64,000 bases of DNA from Nitrospirota bacterium (GCA_029858565.1 JAOUEV010000003.1:32001-96000), one strand, 5' to 3'; positions 1 through 9,696 are shown, counted from the first letter of the stretch. Program-made: numbers and translations. Notes: generated by a model from the letters alone, not told the origin.

Positions 1-71
1 TCCAGTATCTTAGCTTCAACGGCTGCTGAGTGGGGCACATTCTTCATCGTGATCTGAGGTGCGATCTTCAT
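1..71 (-). CDS. HPF/RaiA-family ribosome-associated protein, N-terminus only (runs off the window)
   Basis: Minus strand from ATG 71 reads MKIAPQITMKNVPHSAAVEAKIL, like the 'QITFRN..S.A.E..I' start of HPF/S30EA proteins; RBS-like AGGGAGG upstream. Confidence 0.55.
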   Translation of the reverse strand, partial: MKIAPQITMKNVPHSAAVEAKIL

Positions 72-317
72 GGTGATGCCTCCCTGCACTAAAGATGTTT
101 GGCTTTGATTCAAAAGTAGCAGAAAAATGCGGTACTGTCAATTTGACCAAATGGGCGTTTGACAGACGGCGATGCATGGTCAAACAATTTAACGCAGATT
201 TTCGTTGAGTTGTTCATGCTCGCTTCTGATGAAAATTGCTGCAGCGTTCAAATCCTCGAACAGGTTTGGATAGACGCTCCCTGCAGCAAGCTGCGGAGAA
301 TGCGCTCGCTGCTGGAT

Positions 318-728
318 TCAATAGGGGTGACAAACCAGACAGAGATCGGTTTCCTGCCTCCTGAGAAGAGCGTCGTACTTGTTGCTGTGAGGATCGTGGC
401 AGGTGAGGCAGGTCATCTTGCCGTCCAGGAGCGGAAGACCTTTGACCTGCATGGTCGGTACGATGTCCACCTTGTGTTCCTGCGGCGCGATGCGGTCCGG
501 ATGGCAGTCGAGGCAGAGCGCCGAGCCTTGCTTCTTGACGCTGTCGGTCCTGCGGGCCCCTTCCATGATGTGACAGGTGGAGCAGTCTTTCTTGATCTCG
601 GGAAGCGGCAGCGGGAGCCTTGTCCTGGTCCGGACGGCAGCCTGGGCGCAGCCGAAGAGGGTGAACGTGAAGCAGATCATCATGACGATGAGAAAGATGC
701 GGTTTGCTGACGGTCCTGTAAGAACCAT
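318..728 (-). CDS. Small tetraheme c-type cytochrome lipoprotein (doubled CxxCH type)
   Basis: Four CxxCH motifs (CSTCH, CLDCH, CLTCHDPH, CLVCH); hydrophobic leader ending in lipobox LFGC; start at 728 is my choice. Confidence 0.85.
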   Translation of the reverse strand: MVLTGPSANRIFLIVMMICFTFTLFGCAQAAVRTRTRLPLPLPEIKKDCSTCHIMEGARRTDSVKKQGSALCLDCHPDRIAPQEHKVDIVPTMQVKGLPLLDGKMTCLTCHDPHSNKYDALLRRQETDLCLVCHPY

Positions 729-795
729 GATTGCTCCTTTGCGGTCATCTGCCGCTTTCATTGAGGCTAACACTCTCCTTGTGCTTTGTCAAGGC

Positions 796-857
796 GCGCT
801 AAAGCCGGGTGTCAAGCCGGTGCGCTAAAGCCGGTTGTCAAAGCGGTGAGCTGGTTG
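796..857. repeat. Imperfect ~26-bp direct repeat in the divergent intergenic region
   Basis: gcgctaaagccgggtgtcaagccggt / gcgctaaagccggttgtcaaagcggt. Confidence 0.7.
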
Positions 858-897
858 CGCGAAACAGCGTAAGTACGCGGCAGGATGGGCCTTTTTC

Positions 898-926
898 TTG
901 CACAATAAATCGGGTTATGTTACTAT
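898..926 (+). promoter_or_regulatory. Sigma70-type promoter for the amidase operon
   Basis: TTGCAC-17 bp-TACTAT. Confidence 0.5.
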
Positions 927-936
927 GCCTGCCGAT

Positions 937-1947
937 ATGCGGACTTTGTCAGTGATCTTCTGTGTGCTCATGCTGTGCTGCTTTTCCGCGGCTTTTGCCG
1001 CGGAAAAGGGGGTCACGGTCAAGGGAATCCGGTTCTTTTCCTATCCCGATTTCACCCGTGTGGTGTTCGAGATCGATGCCGCGGCGCCGTATGTGCTGAC
1101 GCGCTCCGGCGACGGACGCACGCTGTCCTTCAGTTCCTACGGCGGTCCTTTTGCGGTCTCCGCGGCCCAGCTTCCGGTCATCAACGACGGCGTGGTGAAG
1201 CAGCTCGAGAACCGGCAGGACGGCGACCGGAGGACGATCGCCATAGTGCTGGCCCAGGGCGCGGGCGAGGCAAAGGACTTCGTGCTGCGCGGACCCGACC
1301 GCATTGTCGTTGATATCCTGCGGGGCACGCCTGCTGTGACTGCCGTGGGCGCGGTTCCCGTGGTCGTGATCGACGCCGGACACGGCGGCCAGCAGAACGG
1401 CCTGGTGACCGGACAGGGTGTGGAAAAATCCGCAACTCTGGAAATGGCCCTTGCCGTTCGCAGGATCCTGCGCGGCGCCGCGGTAAAAATGAAGGTTCTT
1501 CTGACGCGAGACTCCGACCTGGCCCTGTCGCTGGATGAACGGGCCGCGGCTGCGAACGCCGGCGAGGCAACGGTGTTCGTGAGCCTGCATATGGGGCAGG
1601 GGACGGAAGCCCGTGTGCTCCTCCTTGATCCCGACGAGGGACAGGCGGTGACCTTGGGCGGAGGGCCCGCGGATTTCATGGGTTTTGACGCGGTGAGCGA
1701 ACAGCAACAGATGCTCTGGGGCTCCCAGCAGGCGCGCCACGCACCGGAGAGCGGCCGCCTTGGCCGGGCGATCATCCGTTCGCTCTCCCTGCGCGAGGAA
1801 GCCGAGCCGGACCAGGCGCCCCTGGCGCTGCTTCGTCCGGTGGATGCGGCGGCGGTGCTTGTGGAGACGGGCTTCGGCATGGACCGCGCAGCCGCTGCCA
1901 AACGTATTGCCCAGGGGATCGAACGGTATGTTCACGAAAAGCGATAG
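937..1947 (+). CDS. N-acetylmuramoyl-L-alanine amidase (AMIN + Amidase_3)
   Basis: Signal peptide; AMIN-like TRVVFE and PDRIVVD; Zn/catalytic motifs IDAGHGG, EK, FVSLH, VLVETGF. Confidence 0.85.
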   Translation: MRTLSVIFCVLMLCCFSAAFAAEKGVTVKGIRFFSYPDFTRVVFEIDAAAPYVLTRSGDGRTLSFSSYGGPFAVSAAQLPVINDGVVKQLENRQDGDRRTIAIVLAQGAGEAKDFVLRGPDRIVVDILRGTPAVTAVGAVPVVVIDAGHGGQQNGLVTGQGVEKSATLEMALAVRRILRGAAVKMKVLLTRDSDLALSLDERAAAANAGEATVFVSLHMGQGTEARVLLLDPDEGQAVTLGGGPADFMGFDAVSEQQQMLWGSQQARHAPESGRLGRAIIRSLSLREEAEPDQAPLALLRPVDAAAVLVETGFGMDRAAAAKRIAQGIERYVHEKR

Positions 1948-1951
1948 AAGC

Positions 1952-2524
1952 ATGGGCACGAGCGGACCGCTGCGGATACTCATGGTTCTTGCGGCGCTGG
2001 CCGTTGCGACAGCAGTGGGGTACTTTTTCTGGAATCACTACCGCCCTGTCGCTCCCGGAGCGCCGCTGTCTCCTGCTGCTGATGCGGTCCCGGCCGCGGC
2101 GGTCCCGGGTGAGCAGCTGCCCGTGACCCTGTTCATTCCGGAGAATGACACGCTCCATGCGGTGGCCACAACGATCACCAGGCAGCCCGATATGCGGCTG
2201 GAGGCTCGGGGGGCGGTCAACGCGCTGCTCGGTGCGGGGCCGGATGCACCGCCGGTGCTCCGGGACCTGTCACTGCGCGGATGGTATCTTGGCGCGGGCG
2301 GGACAGCGTATGTTGATCTTGCGCCCACGGGACAGCGGGAGATCCGCGCATCGGCACGGGAGGAACTGCTGGCCATCTATGCTGTGGTGAACACGCTCAC
2401 CCAGAATTTCACGGAAGTGCGGCAGGTCAGGATCCTTGTGGACGGCAGAGAAGCACAGACCCTGGCCGGGCATATTGATCTCTCCCGGTTCCTGAGCAAA
2501 AGGATGGACCTGGTGAGACCGTGA
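1952..2524 (+). CDS. GerMN-domain membrane protein
   Basis: N-terminal TM helix; 'AYVDL...ELLAIYAVVNTLTQNFTEVRQVRILVDG...TLAGHIDL'; position between amidase and murI. Confidence 0.85.
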   Translation: MGTSGPLRILMVLAALAVATAVGYFFWNHYRPVAPGAPLSPAADAVPAAAVPGEQLPVTLFIPENDTLHAVATTITRQPDMRLEARGAVNALLGAGPDAPPVLRDLSLRGWYLGAGGTAYVDLAPTGQREIRASAREELLAIYAVVNTLTQNFTEVRQVRILVDGREAQTLAGHIDLSRFLSKRMDLVRP

Positions 2525-2638
2525 TCCAAGTGCGGAATGCGGAGTGCAAAGTGCGGAGTAAGTGACGGGATACCGTGGAACATACGAATGGCGTTGAGGA
2601 AAACAGTCACGGTGCGGCGGTAGGGTGATTTATTGACC

Positions 2639-3442
2639 ATGCAAAAAGCGATCGGCATATTCGACTCGGGTATCGGCGGGCTCACGGTGCTGAAGGAGCT
2701 CATCGCGGCGCTGCCCCGGGAGCACACGATCTATCTCGGGGACACGGCGCGGGTGCCCTACGGCATCCGTTCCGCGGAGACGGTGACTCGGTACAGCTTT
2801 GAGAACACCCGGTTCCTCCTGGCGCAGGAGATCAAGATGCTCGTGGTTGCCTGTAATACGGCATCGGCGATCAGTCTTGACGCGGTCAAGCATGAGTTCC
2901 CCCTTCCCGTGATCGGCGTGCTCGAGCCGGGTGCTCGCGCCGCGGCCGCAGCCACGGGCAACAAGAAGGTCGGCATCATAGGCACCGAGGCCACGATCGC
3001 AAGCGGCGCCTATGAACGGGCGGTCAAGAAGATCGATCCCGCGATCGATGTCTTCAGCATGGCCTGTCCGCTCTTTGTTCCGCTGGTCGAGGAAGGATGG
3101 TTCGACAACGATGTGGCGGAGCTGGTGGCGAACCGGTACCTTGCGCCGCTCAAGGCGCGGGGGATCGATACCCTGGTGCTGGGGTGCACGCACTATCCGA
3201 TCCTGAAAGGGGTCATCAGCCGCGTGCTCGGCAGCGGCATCCGTCTTATCGACTCGGCCACCGAAACAGCGAAGGAAGTGTCCGAGGTCCTGGACAAGCT
3301 CAAATGGAAGAGGACCGATGGGGGAACGGCGGTGCGCAAGTTTTTCGTGACCGACACCCCGGCCCGGTTCGAAAAGATCGGAACGCTCTTTCTCGGAGAA
3401 GGAAGCCTGAAAGCCGAGCAGGTGCGTGTCGGAGGAGTGTAA
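2639..3442 (+). CDS. murI: Glutamate racemase
   Basis: IGIFDSGIGGLTV, VACNTA, LGCTHYP. Confidence 0.97.
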   Translation: MQKAIGIFDSGIGGLTVLKELIAALPREHTIYLGDTARVPYGIRSAETVTRYSFENTRFLLAQEIKMLVVACNTASAISLDAVKHEFPLPVIGVLEPGARAAAAATGNKKVGIIGTEATIASGAYERAVKKIDPAIDVFSMACPLFVPLVEEGWFDNDVAELVANRYLAPLKARGIDTLVLGCTHYPILKGVISRVLGSGIRLIDSATETAKEVSEVLDKLKWKRTDGGTAVRKFFVTDTPARFEKIGTLFLGEGSLKAEQVRVGGV

Positions 3443-3486
3443 GGACCGTCCCGGGCATCGTCTGCGGGTCGAGAATAGTGGGGACC

Positions 3487-4389
3487 ATGAATACAGCGTG
3501 TGAATATACCCGGAGCCGTCTATCCCGGTACCAGACCGGGCACCTGTTCAAGCTGCAGCAGTCCCGGATCGAACAGCATCTTGCGGAGTGTCCGGTGTGT
3601 CGTTCCGAGTTCGATGCGCTCAACCGCATCCGGGAGACCGAGCGGTTCCTTGTCGATCTTGAAGGGACCGGCGGGGTCCCCGGCAAGGTGCGTTCTCTCG
3701 CGTCGGCCGGGTCCCGTCTCCTGTTCCGCCCCCTCTGGGCGGCGCTGATCGTCATTGCGGTGCTGGCAGCCTATCGCTACGTCGTGGACCCGATCCTCCA
3801 CGACCCCGATCTTGAGAAGCTCGACACCGGATCCGTGACCTTGGCGCCAGCCGTGCCGCAGGCTGCGGTGCAGACCGCTCCCACACCCACGACCTCTCCC
3901 GCGGTACAGCAGGCAAGGCCCGAGCAGATGAAGGAGCCTGCGCCGGCTGCAGATTCGCTTGTGGTCACTATTTCCGTGGAAAAAGAGCACGAGAAGGAAA
4001 GCCTCAAACAGATCAACGATGCCATGAAAGAACATGCGCTCCTCCGCACCATGCGGTTTAGCGACAAGGTGCGCGAGGTCGCGGGCAATCTCACCGCAGA
4101 TGAACTGCACACCTTCTTCAACCGCATTCAGGGGGCGGCGAAGGTCCTGTATAAGCGCTCCCGTCTTACGTCCCTGGCCCAGGGCGAACTGGTACCTGTT
4201 GTGATCAAATTGCAGACCCACGCGGCTCCCGCGCGCAGGGAAAGCGAACAGCAGCAGCCGAAACCTGGGGAAAAACCTGTACAGAACCCTGTGCAAAAGC
4301 CTGTTGATATCCCTGTGGAGAATCCTGTGGGGAAACCGTTGAAAACCATTGACGAACAGGCCGCTGCTCCAGCCCAACCTGCTCGCTGA
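3487..4389 (+). CDS. zf-HC2 anti-sigma-like membrane protein
   Basis: N-terminal Cys plus HLAECPVC (HxxxCxxC), one TM helix, Pro/Ala linker, C-terminal PVxx repeats. Confidence 0.7.
   Translation: MNTACEYTRSRLSRYQTGHLFKLQQSRIEQHLAECPVCRSEFDALNRIRETERFLVDLEGTGGVPGKVRSLASAGSRLLFRPLWAALIVIAVLAAYRYVVDPILHDPDLEKLDTGSVTLAPAVPQAAVQTAPTPTTSPAVQQARPEQMKEPAPAADSLVVTISVEKEHEKESLKQINDAMKEHALLRTMRFSDKVREVAGNLTADELHTFFNRIQGAAKVLYKRSRLTSLAQGELVPVVIKLQTHAAPARRESEQQQPKPGEKPVQNPVQKPVDIPVENPVGKPLKTIDEQAAAPAQPAR
4264..4347. repeat. Seven 12-bp tandem units (CCTGTGxAxAAx) resembling DnaA boxes, inside the CDS
   Basis: cctggggaaaaa cctgtacagaac cctgtgcaaaag cctgttgatatc cctgtggagaat cctgtggggaaa ccgttgaaaacc. 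Confidence 0.7.
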
Positions 4390-4402
4390 AACCGGAAAGA
4401 GC

Positions 4403-5737
4403 ATGTCCTATCAGGAAACCATCGAATATCTCTTCGGTCTTCAGAAGCACGGCATCAAGTTCGGCCTATCCAACAGCTACAAGCTTATGGCGCTGATGGG
4501 CGACCCACAGCAGCGGTTCCGGTCCGTGCATATCGCAGGGACCAACGGCAAGGGATCCACCGCCGCGTTTCTCTCGTCCATGCTGCGTGCGGGAGGGTAC
4601 CGTGTGGGCTTGTATACCTCACCGCATCTCGTCAGTTTCACGGAGCGCATCCGGATCAACGGCGTCCCGATCTCCGAATCCCGTGTTGTCGAGCTCGCGT
4701 CCGAGATCAGGTCCCGTGCCGCCGGATTGCCTGCCGAGAAGGACGGCGGCGCGTTCTCTCCCACGTTCTTTGAGGTGACTACCGCATTGGCCTTTGCTTA
4801 TTTTGCCGAGCAGGCTGTGGACATTGCCGTGGTCGAGACCGGGATGGGCGGGAGGCTCGACTCCACCAATGTGATCATTCCGCTGGTGTCCGTGATAACC
4901 ACGATCGATCTGGAGCATACCGAGTTCCTGGGAACGACCCTTGGACAGATCGCCGCGGAAAAAGCAGGTATCATCAAGCAGGGCGTTCCTGTCGTGACCG
5001 GTGTTCTGCAGCCCGAGGCACTTGCCGTGCTTCAAGCGGAAGCAGGACGTCAGGGAGCGGTCTTGTACCGCATGCCGGCAGACATTGGGCCGGCCGATAT
5101 CATGCCCGGCGCTCCGCAGCAGTTCCGGTATCAGGGATTCTCATCGTCCTACAGCGATCTTCGCATCACCATGCGGGGAAAGCACCAGATAGGGAACGCC
5201 TCCCTTGCACTGGGTGCGCTTGAGTGTCTTCGGCACGGGGGATTTTCGGTGCCCGAACAGGCGATGCGGTCGGGGCTCGAGCGGGCGTCGTGGGAAGGCC
5301 GGCTGGAACAGGTTGCCGAGGGCCCGGCGGTCTTTCTGGACGGCGCCCATAATCCAGCTTCAGCGGCCGTCCTTGCCGAGGCGCTTCAGGACCTGCGCAG
5401 GGGATACGGCCGGTGCGTGCTCGTCATCGGGATACTGAAGGATAAGGACTGGCAGGGAATCCTCGACCGGCTCCTTCCGCAGGCCGACCAGGTGGTCGTG
5501 ACGAAGCCGCAATACGCGCGGGCGATGGATGTCGATGTGCTGGCCGCGGAGGTCCGTCGCAGGACGAAGAATGCGGTGACAGTCAGCGAGCTGCCTGATG
5601 CGATCACCCGTGCGAGGCACGAGGCCGGAACAGATGGACTGGTCGTGGTCACCGGCTCCCTTTACACGGTGGGTGACGCGCGCGCCGCGCTGTGCAATGA
5701 CCCGTCTCCGGGTCCCTTTAAGGAGCTGAAGGGTTGA
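4403..5737 (+). CDS. folC: Folylpolyglutamate synthase/dihydrofolate synthase
   Basis: HIAGTNGKGS, YTSPHL, ETGMGGRLDSTN, LDGAHNP, TGSLY. Confidence 0.97.
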   Translation: MSYQETIEYLFGLQKHGIKFGLSNSYKLMALMGDPQQRFRSVHIAGTNGKGSTAAFLSSMLRAGGYRVGLYTSPHLVSFTERIRINGVPISESRVVELASEIRSRAAGLPAEKDGGAFSPTFFEVTTALAFAYFAEQAVDIAVVETGMGGRLDSTNVIIPLVSVITTIDLEHTEFLGTTLGQIAAEKAGIIKQGVPVVTGVLQPEALAVLQAEAGRQGAVLYRMPADIGPADIMPGAPQQFRYQGFSSSYSDLRITMRGKHQIGNASLALGALECLRHGGFSVPEQAMRSGLERASWEGRLEQVAEGPAVFLDGAHNPASAAVLAEALQDLRRGYGRCVLVIGILKDKDWQGILDRLLPQADQVVVTKPQYARAMDVDVLAAEVRRRTKNAVTVSELPDAITRARHEAGTDGLVVVTGSLYTVGDARAALCNDPSPGPFKELKG

Positions 5738-5739
5738 TC

Positions 5740-7791
5740 ATGGACCGAGCGTCCCTCCTCCATACCTGGCTGATCAGAAAAGGGTCATTGCCTCTTCTGA
5801 TCGCTATCTGCGTGCAGGCATTTGCCGGCTTGTCCGGCGGAGCATCAGCCGAAGAGCTTCCGAAGAAGATCCCCGTGGCGGTCACGGCGGACAAGCTCGA
5901 TTACGATCGCGCCAGCGATGTCTATACCGCGGTAGGGCATGTTAAGATCGAGCAGCAGGACATCCGTCTGGAGGCCGACCGCGTCGTACTGAACAACAAG
6001 ACCGGCGAGGCGATCGCTGAAGGCAACGTTTATCTGCAGGACAAGGGCGACGTTCTGACCGCTGACCGGGTGGAGATCAACGTGAACACCCGGTCAGGGA
6101 TCATTTCCCGCGGCGACCTGTTCATGAGCAAGGACAACTATCACCTGAAGGGGGAGCGGATCGAACGGCGGTCGGAAACGGTATATCACGTCGAGAACGG
6201 CAGTTTTACGACCTGTGATGATGATGAATGGTATCTCAAGGCCCGGGAGATCGACGTGGACCTCGGCAGGAACGCAAGCGGCAGCGGCGTCTCGTTCAAC
6301 ATGGGGGGACTGCCGGTCCTGTACACGCCCTATCTGATGTTCCCGGTCCGGAGGCAGAGCGGTCTGCTCATCCCCGAGATCGGCTTCAGCAGCAAGGACG
6401 GATTTCTCATGAAGAACTCCGTGTTCTGGGCGATCTCCGATTACCAGGACATGACGTTCACCTCGGATTACCGGGCGCGGACCGGTCACGGCACCGGCAT
6501 CGAGTATCGCTATGTGAACTCGCGCGATTCCTCGGGAAGGGCCTATTACAATTATTTCGACACGTTCCATGACGATACGGCGCGCTGGGAACTCCAGTTC
6601 CAGCACCGCGAGGAGTTTGCCGAGGACCTCTCCCTGCGGTCCGATGTGAACCTGGTGAGCGACGAGTTCTATTATCGCGACCTGGAGCGGAAACTCTCCC
6701 TGCGGTCGCTGCCGTCGCTTGATTCCAATGTCTTTTATGTCGAACGCTGGAACACTGCATCTCTTTACCTGCTGGGCCAATACACGACCGATCTCACGCA
6801 GGGGAACGACAAGACGATCCAGAAGGTTCCCGAGCTTCGGTACACGCTCTACAGCGAACGACTGGCGCCGTTCCTGTACCTGGACTTTACCGGCGCCGCA
6901 GCGAACATGACCGCCCGGGAAGGGGAAACGGTCCGCCGCGCCGATTTCCAGCCTGAGTTGAAAACCGTGCTCAGCGCCGGCGGCCTGAGCCTTACCCCTC
7001 GTGTGGGCGGGCGGGCGACCTACTACGACCGGGGCGCCACGACGATCGAGCCGACGGACCGGAAATATTATTACGCCGCCGCCGACCTGAACGCGCGCTT
7101 GTCCCGGGTCTACGGCAATGACGAAGAAACCGGCATCGGGCGCATCCGTCACTCGGTCGAGCCCACGATCTCCTATCTCTATCTCCCGAAGATCGACAAA
7201 GGGGATGTCCCGCTCCTCGATTCGACCGAGGATGTGCTGGTGCAGAACGTGGTGACCCTGTCCATCATCAACCGCCTGACGGCGCGCTATCGCGATGGGG
7301 CCGGGGTCCGGACATTCGATCCCCTTGTGTTCCGGCTGGCCCAATCCTATGATGTCAATGAGGCGCGGGACCGCGCGATCGTCGATGCCCGGCCCCGCTC
7401 GGAGATACGGGCCGAGCTGTCGGTGAAGACGCCCAGGGTCCTTGCGGTCTCCGCAAACGGCAACTACAATACCTATACCGACCGTCTTTCCTCGTCATCG
7501 GAGACCGTTATGGTCAAGGGAGACGTGGTGCAGTTCGATATCACCCACCGGTATCTGCGCGAACCCCGAACAGCATTCCTGATCGGAGGGCTGGGATTCA
7601 AGATCGCCAAGTGGACCTTGAGCGGTCAGGTCTGGCGTGATGTGGAGAACCGTATGACCACTCAGCAGGAATATAAGACCCACTACGCATCGCAATGCTG
7701 GGGCTTGGGTTTATCCTATATTACCAAACCCGGGGAGACCCAGTATCTTCTGGTCCTGGACCTGAAGGGGCTGGGAGCAGTGAAATTCTGA
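5740..7791 (+). CDS. lptD: LPS assembly protein LptD
   Basis: OstA-like N-domain (TADKLDY...GHVKI), FTTC, LPVLYTPY..P.RRQSGLLIP, barrel with late QCWG and terminal Phe. Confidence 0.9.
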   Translation: MDRASLLHTWLIRKGSLPLLIAICVQAFAGLSGGASAEELPKKIPVAVTADKLDYDRASDVYTAVGHVKIEQQDIRLEADRVVLNNKTGEAIAEGNVYLQDKGDVLTADRVEINVNTRSGIISRGDLFMSKDNYHLKGERIERRSETVYHVENGSFTTCDDDEWYLKAREIDVDLGRNASGSGVSFNMGGLPVLYTPYLMFPVRRQSGLLIPEIGFSSKDGFLMKNSVFWAISDYQDMTFTSDYRARTGHGTGIEYRYVNSRDSSGRAYYNYFDTFHDDTARWELQFQHREEFAEDLSLRSDVNLVSDEFYYRDLERKLSLRSLPSLDSNVFYVERWNTASLYLLGQYTTDLTQGNDKTIQKVPELRYTLYSERLAPFLYLDFTGAAANMTAREGETVRRADFQPELKTVLSAGGLSLTPRVGGRATYYDRGATTIEPTDRKYYYAAADLNARLSRVYGNDEETGIGRIRHSVEPTISYLYLPKIDKGDVPLLDSTEDVLVQNVVTLSIINRLTARYRDGAGVRTFDPLVFRLAQSYDVNEARDRAIVDARPRSEIRAELSVKTPRVLAVSANGNYNTYTDRLSSSSETVMVKGDVVQFDITHRYLREPRTAFLIGGLGFKIAKWTLSGQVWRDVENRMTTQQEYKTHYASQCWGLGLSYITKPGETQYLLVLDLKGLGAVKF

Positions 7792-7815
7792 CCTTGCCCG
7801 CAGCAGGAGGTTCCC

Positions 7816-8136
7816 ATGACTGATGCCGTTGTTGTGCTGATCACCGCGGGATCTGAAGAGGAGGGCGCGAAGATCGCCGATGCGCTCGTGGCCGAGCATT
7901 TGGCGGCTTGCGTAAATCTCATTCCAGGCATACAGTCGCGGTTCTTCTGGGAAGGGAGGGTCCAGCAAGCAGCGGAGTGCCTGCTCATCTGTAAAACCGC
8001 GGCATCTGCTGTTGACCGCCTTATTGCCAGGATCAGGGAACTTCACTCCTATTCCGTGCCCGAGGTCATCGCCATACCTGTTATAGCAGGCCTCCCGAGC
8101 TATCTGACCTGGGTGAGCGAGTCGACGATATCCTGA
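7816..8136 (+). CDS. cutA: Divalent-cation tolerance protein CutA
   Basis: LAACVN, S.F.WEG, HSYSVPEVIAIPV. Confidence 0.95.
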   Translation: MTDAVVVLITAGSEEEGAKIADALVAEHLAACVNLIPGIQSRFFWEGRVQQAAECLLICKTAASAVDRLIARIRELHSYSVPEVIAIPVIAGLPSYLTWVSESTIS

Positions 8137-8256
8137 CATTGCATGAACATGGTTCCGCGAAGCGGATCTCGGATGAATGGAGTATCTAGATATAGACGTG
8201 TATCAGCGGCCCCTACTACAGATTGTGGGTAAGCAGTTGCCGCAACAAAGAAAATG

Positions 8257-8286
8257 TTGACAACGGGATAGCCACTATGCTAATCT
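8257..8286 (+). promoter_or_regulatory. Sigma70-type promoter for the M23 peptidase gene
   Basis: TTGACA-18 bp-TAATCT with a TG extension. Confidence 0.5.
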
Positions 8287-8325
8287 TTATGTGGAGATAG
8301 GTGCGTCTTGGCACCTGGAGGGATA

Positions 8326-9261
8326 ATGAAGGCTCGCAGCACCCGGCATATAAAGAAGAAAGAGTACTTTACGATCATGATCGTGCCGGGTCCGAACTCC
8401 CGTGTCCGCACGATCCGTATATCCAAGTCCGCTATAAAATCAACCCTTTATTCACTGCTCGGCATTTTTCTGCTTTCCTTTTATCTTGCATACGAATATC
8501 ACGATGTGAAGGGCAAGGTTGGCGAGCTGCAGTCCGTTCGTGAAGAGCTGATGGAGCAGAAGGCCCAGGTGCAGAACTTCGCCCTGAACCTTCTCGACTA
8601 TAAACGTCAGATGTTCCTGCTTCGTGATCTGGATACGAAACTGCGGCGTGTGGTCAGTCTGGGACCCCGTGACAAGGCCCAGCAGGTCCTGGGTATCGGA
8701 GGTCCTGACGAGTTGGGACTCCAGAACCTTGCCGCGTTGGGAGAGAAGAGGCAGGCTGACGCGCTCAAGGAGATGAGCCAGGAGCTGTCCCAGTTAAAGG
8801 GCGCGGCGTCGCGGCAGGAAGCAAGCCTGCAGATGCTGATAGAATATTTCGAGGATAAGCGTTCGCTGTATGCCTCCACGCCGTCGGTCTGGCCGGTCCG
8901 GGGCTGGGTGACCTCCCGCTACGGCACACGTACGTCGCCATTCAGCGGTATCCTGAAGTTCCATGAGGGTATCGATATCGCCGCCCAGACAGGCACCCCG
9001 GTAGCTGCATCGGCCGACGGGGTGGTGATCAAGGCGGGATTCAGCACGGGATACGGCAACATGGTCGAGATCAGTCACGGTTACGGGATAAAAACCCTGT
9101 ATGCTCATAATTCCCGGCTTAATGTAAAAGCGGGGCAGCGGGTCCATCGCGGCGATGTGATCGCTTACGCCGGAGATTCCGGTTCCAGCACCGGTCCCCA
9201 TCTGCATTACGAGGTCAAGATCAACGGTCTGCCAGTCAATCCTGCGAAGTACTTGAACTGA
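8326..9261 (+). CDS. M23 family murein endopeptidase with TM anchor and coiled coil
   Basis: HEGIDIAA, YAHNS, STGPHLHYEV. Confidence 0.93.
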   Translation: MKARSTRHIKKKEYFTIMIVPGPNSRVRTIRISKSAIKSTLYSLLGIFLLSFYLAYEYHDVKGKVGELQSVREELMEQKAQVQNFALNLLDYKRQMFLLRDLDTKLRRVVSLGPRDKAQQVLGIGGPDELGLQNLAALGEKRQADALKEMSQELSQLKGAASRQEASLQMLIEYFEDKRSLYASTPSVWPVRGWVTSRYGTRTSPFSGILKFHEGIDIAAQTGTPVAASADGVVIKAGFSTGYGNMVEISHGYGIKTLYAHNSRLNVKAGQRVHRGDVIAYAGDSGSSTGPHLHYEVKINGLPVNPAKYLN

Positions 9262-9489
9262 CGTTTGTTGTCATGCAGGGGGTGTTCCTACCATAAGTCA
9301 TTCTTCCACAGAGCAGTTATTCCCCAACAACGGAAATGCACGGGATCGTCAGGGAATTGAGCGCGGGGGACGTACCAGGCTCAGCCCTGTTGTTCTAAAC
9401 CGCATTTCCGCACCTGGTCCGATGCGCGGTACGCTCGTCACGCACGGATGAACCGGGGCGGAGGCACACGCAAGGAGGGAACTGGCATT

Positions 9490-9696
9490 ATGTCGAATGG
9501 GAAAGTGAAGTGGTTCAACGAGGCAAAGGGATACGGATTCATCGAGCCTGATGGCGGCGGCCGCGACGTGTTCGTGCATTATTCCGCCATCCAGGGCGAG
9601 GGCTTCAAGACGCTGTCGGAAGGTCAGCAGGTATCCTTCGATGTCGTCCAGGGTGAAAAGGGACCGCAGGCTGCCAACGTTTCGAAGTCGGCCTAA
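9490..9696 (+). CDS. Cold-shock protein (CspA family)
   Basis: [24 protein letters not shown]; RBS AAGGAGG. Confidence 0.97.
   Translation: MSNGKVKWFNEAKGYGFIEPDGGGRDVFVHYSAIQGEGFKTLSEGQQVSFDVVQGEKGPQAANVSKSA

Noticed and set aside
159-710. 183-aa plus-strand ORF
   Set aside because: Antisense to the tetraheme cytochrome gene, which has clear motifs
4264-4347. Replication origin (oriC)
   Set aside because: Inside a CDS, with no AT-rich unwinding element and no dnaA/dnaN nearby; kept only as a DnaA-box-like cluster
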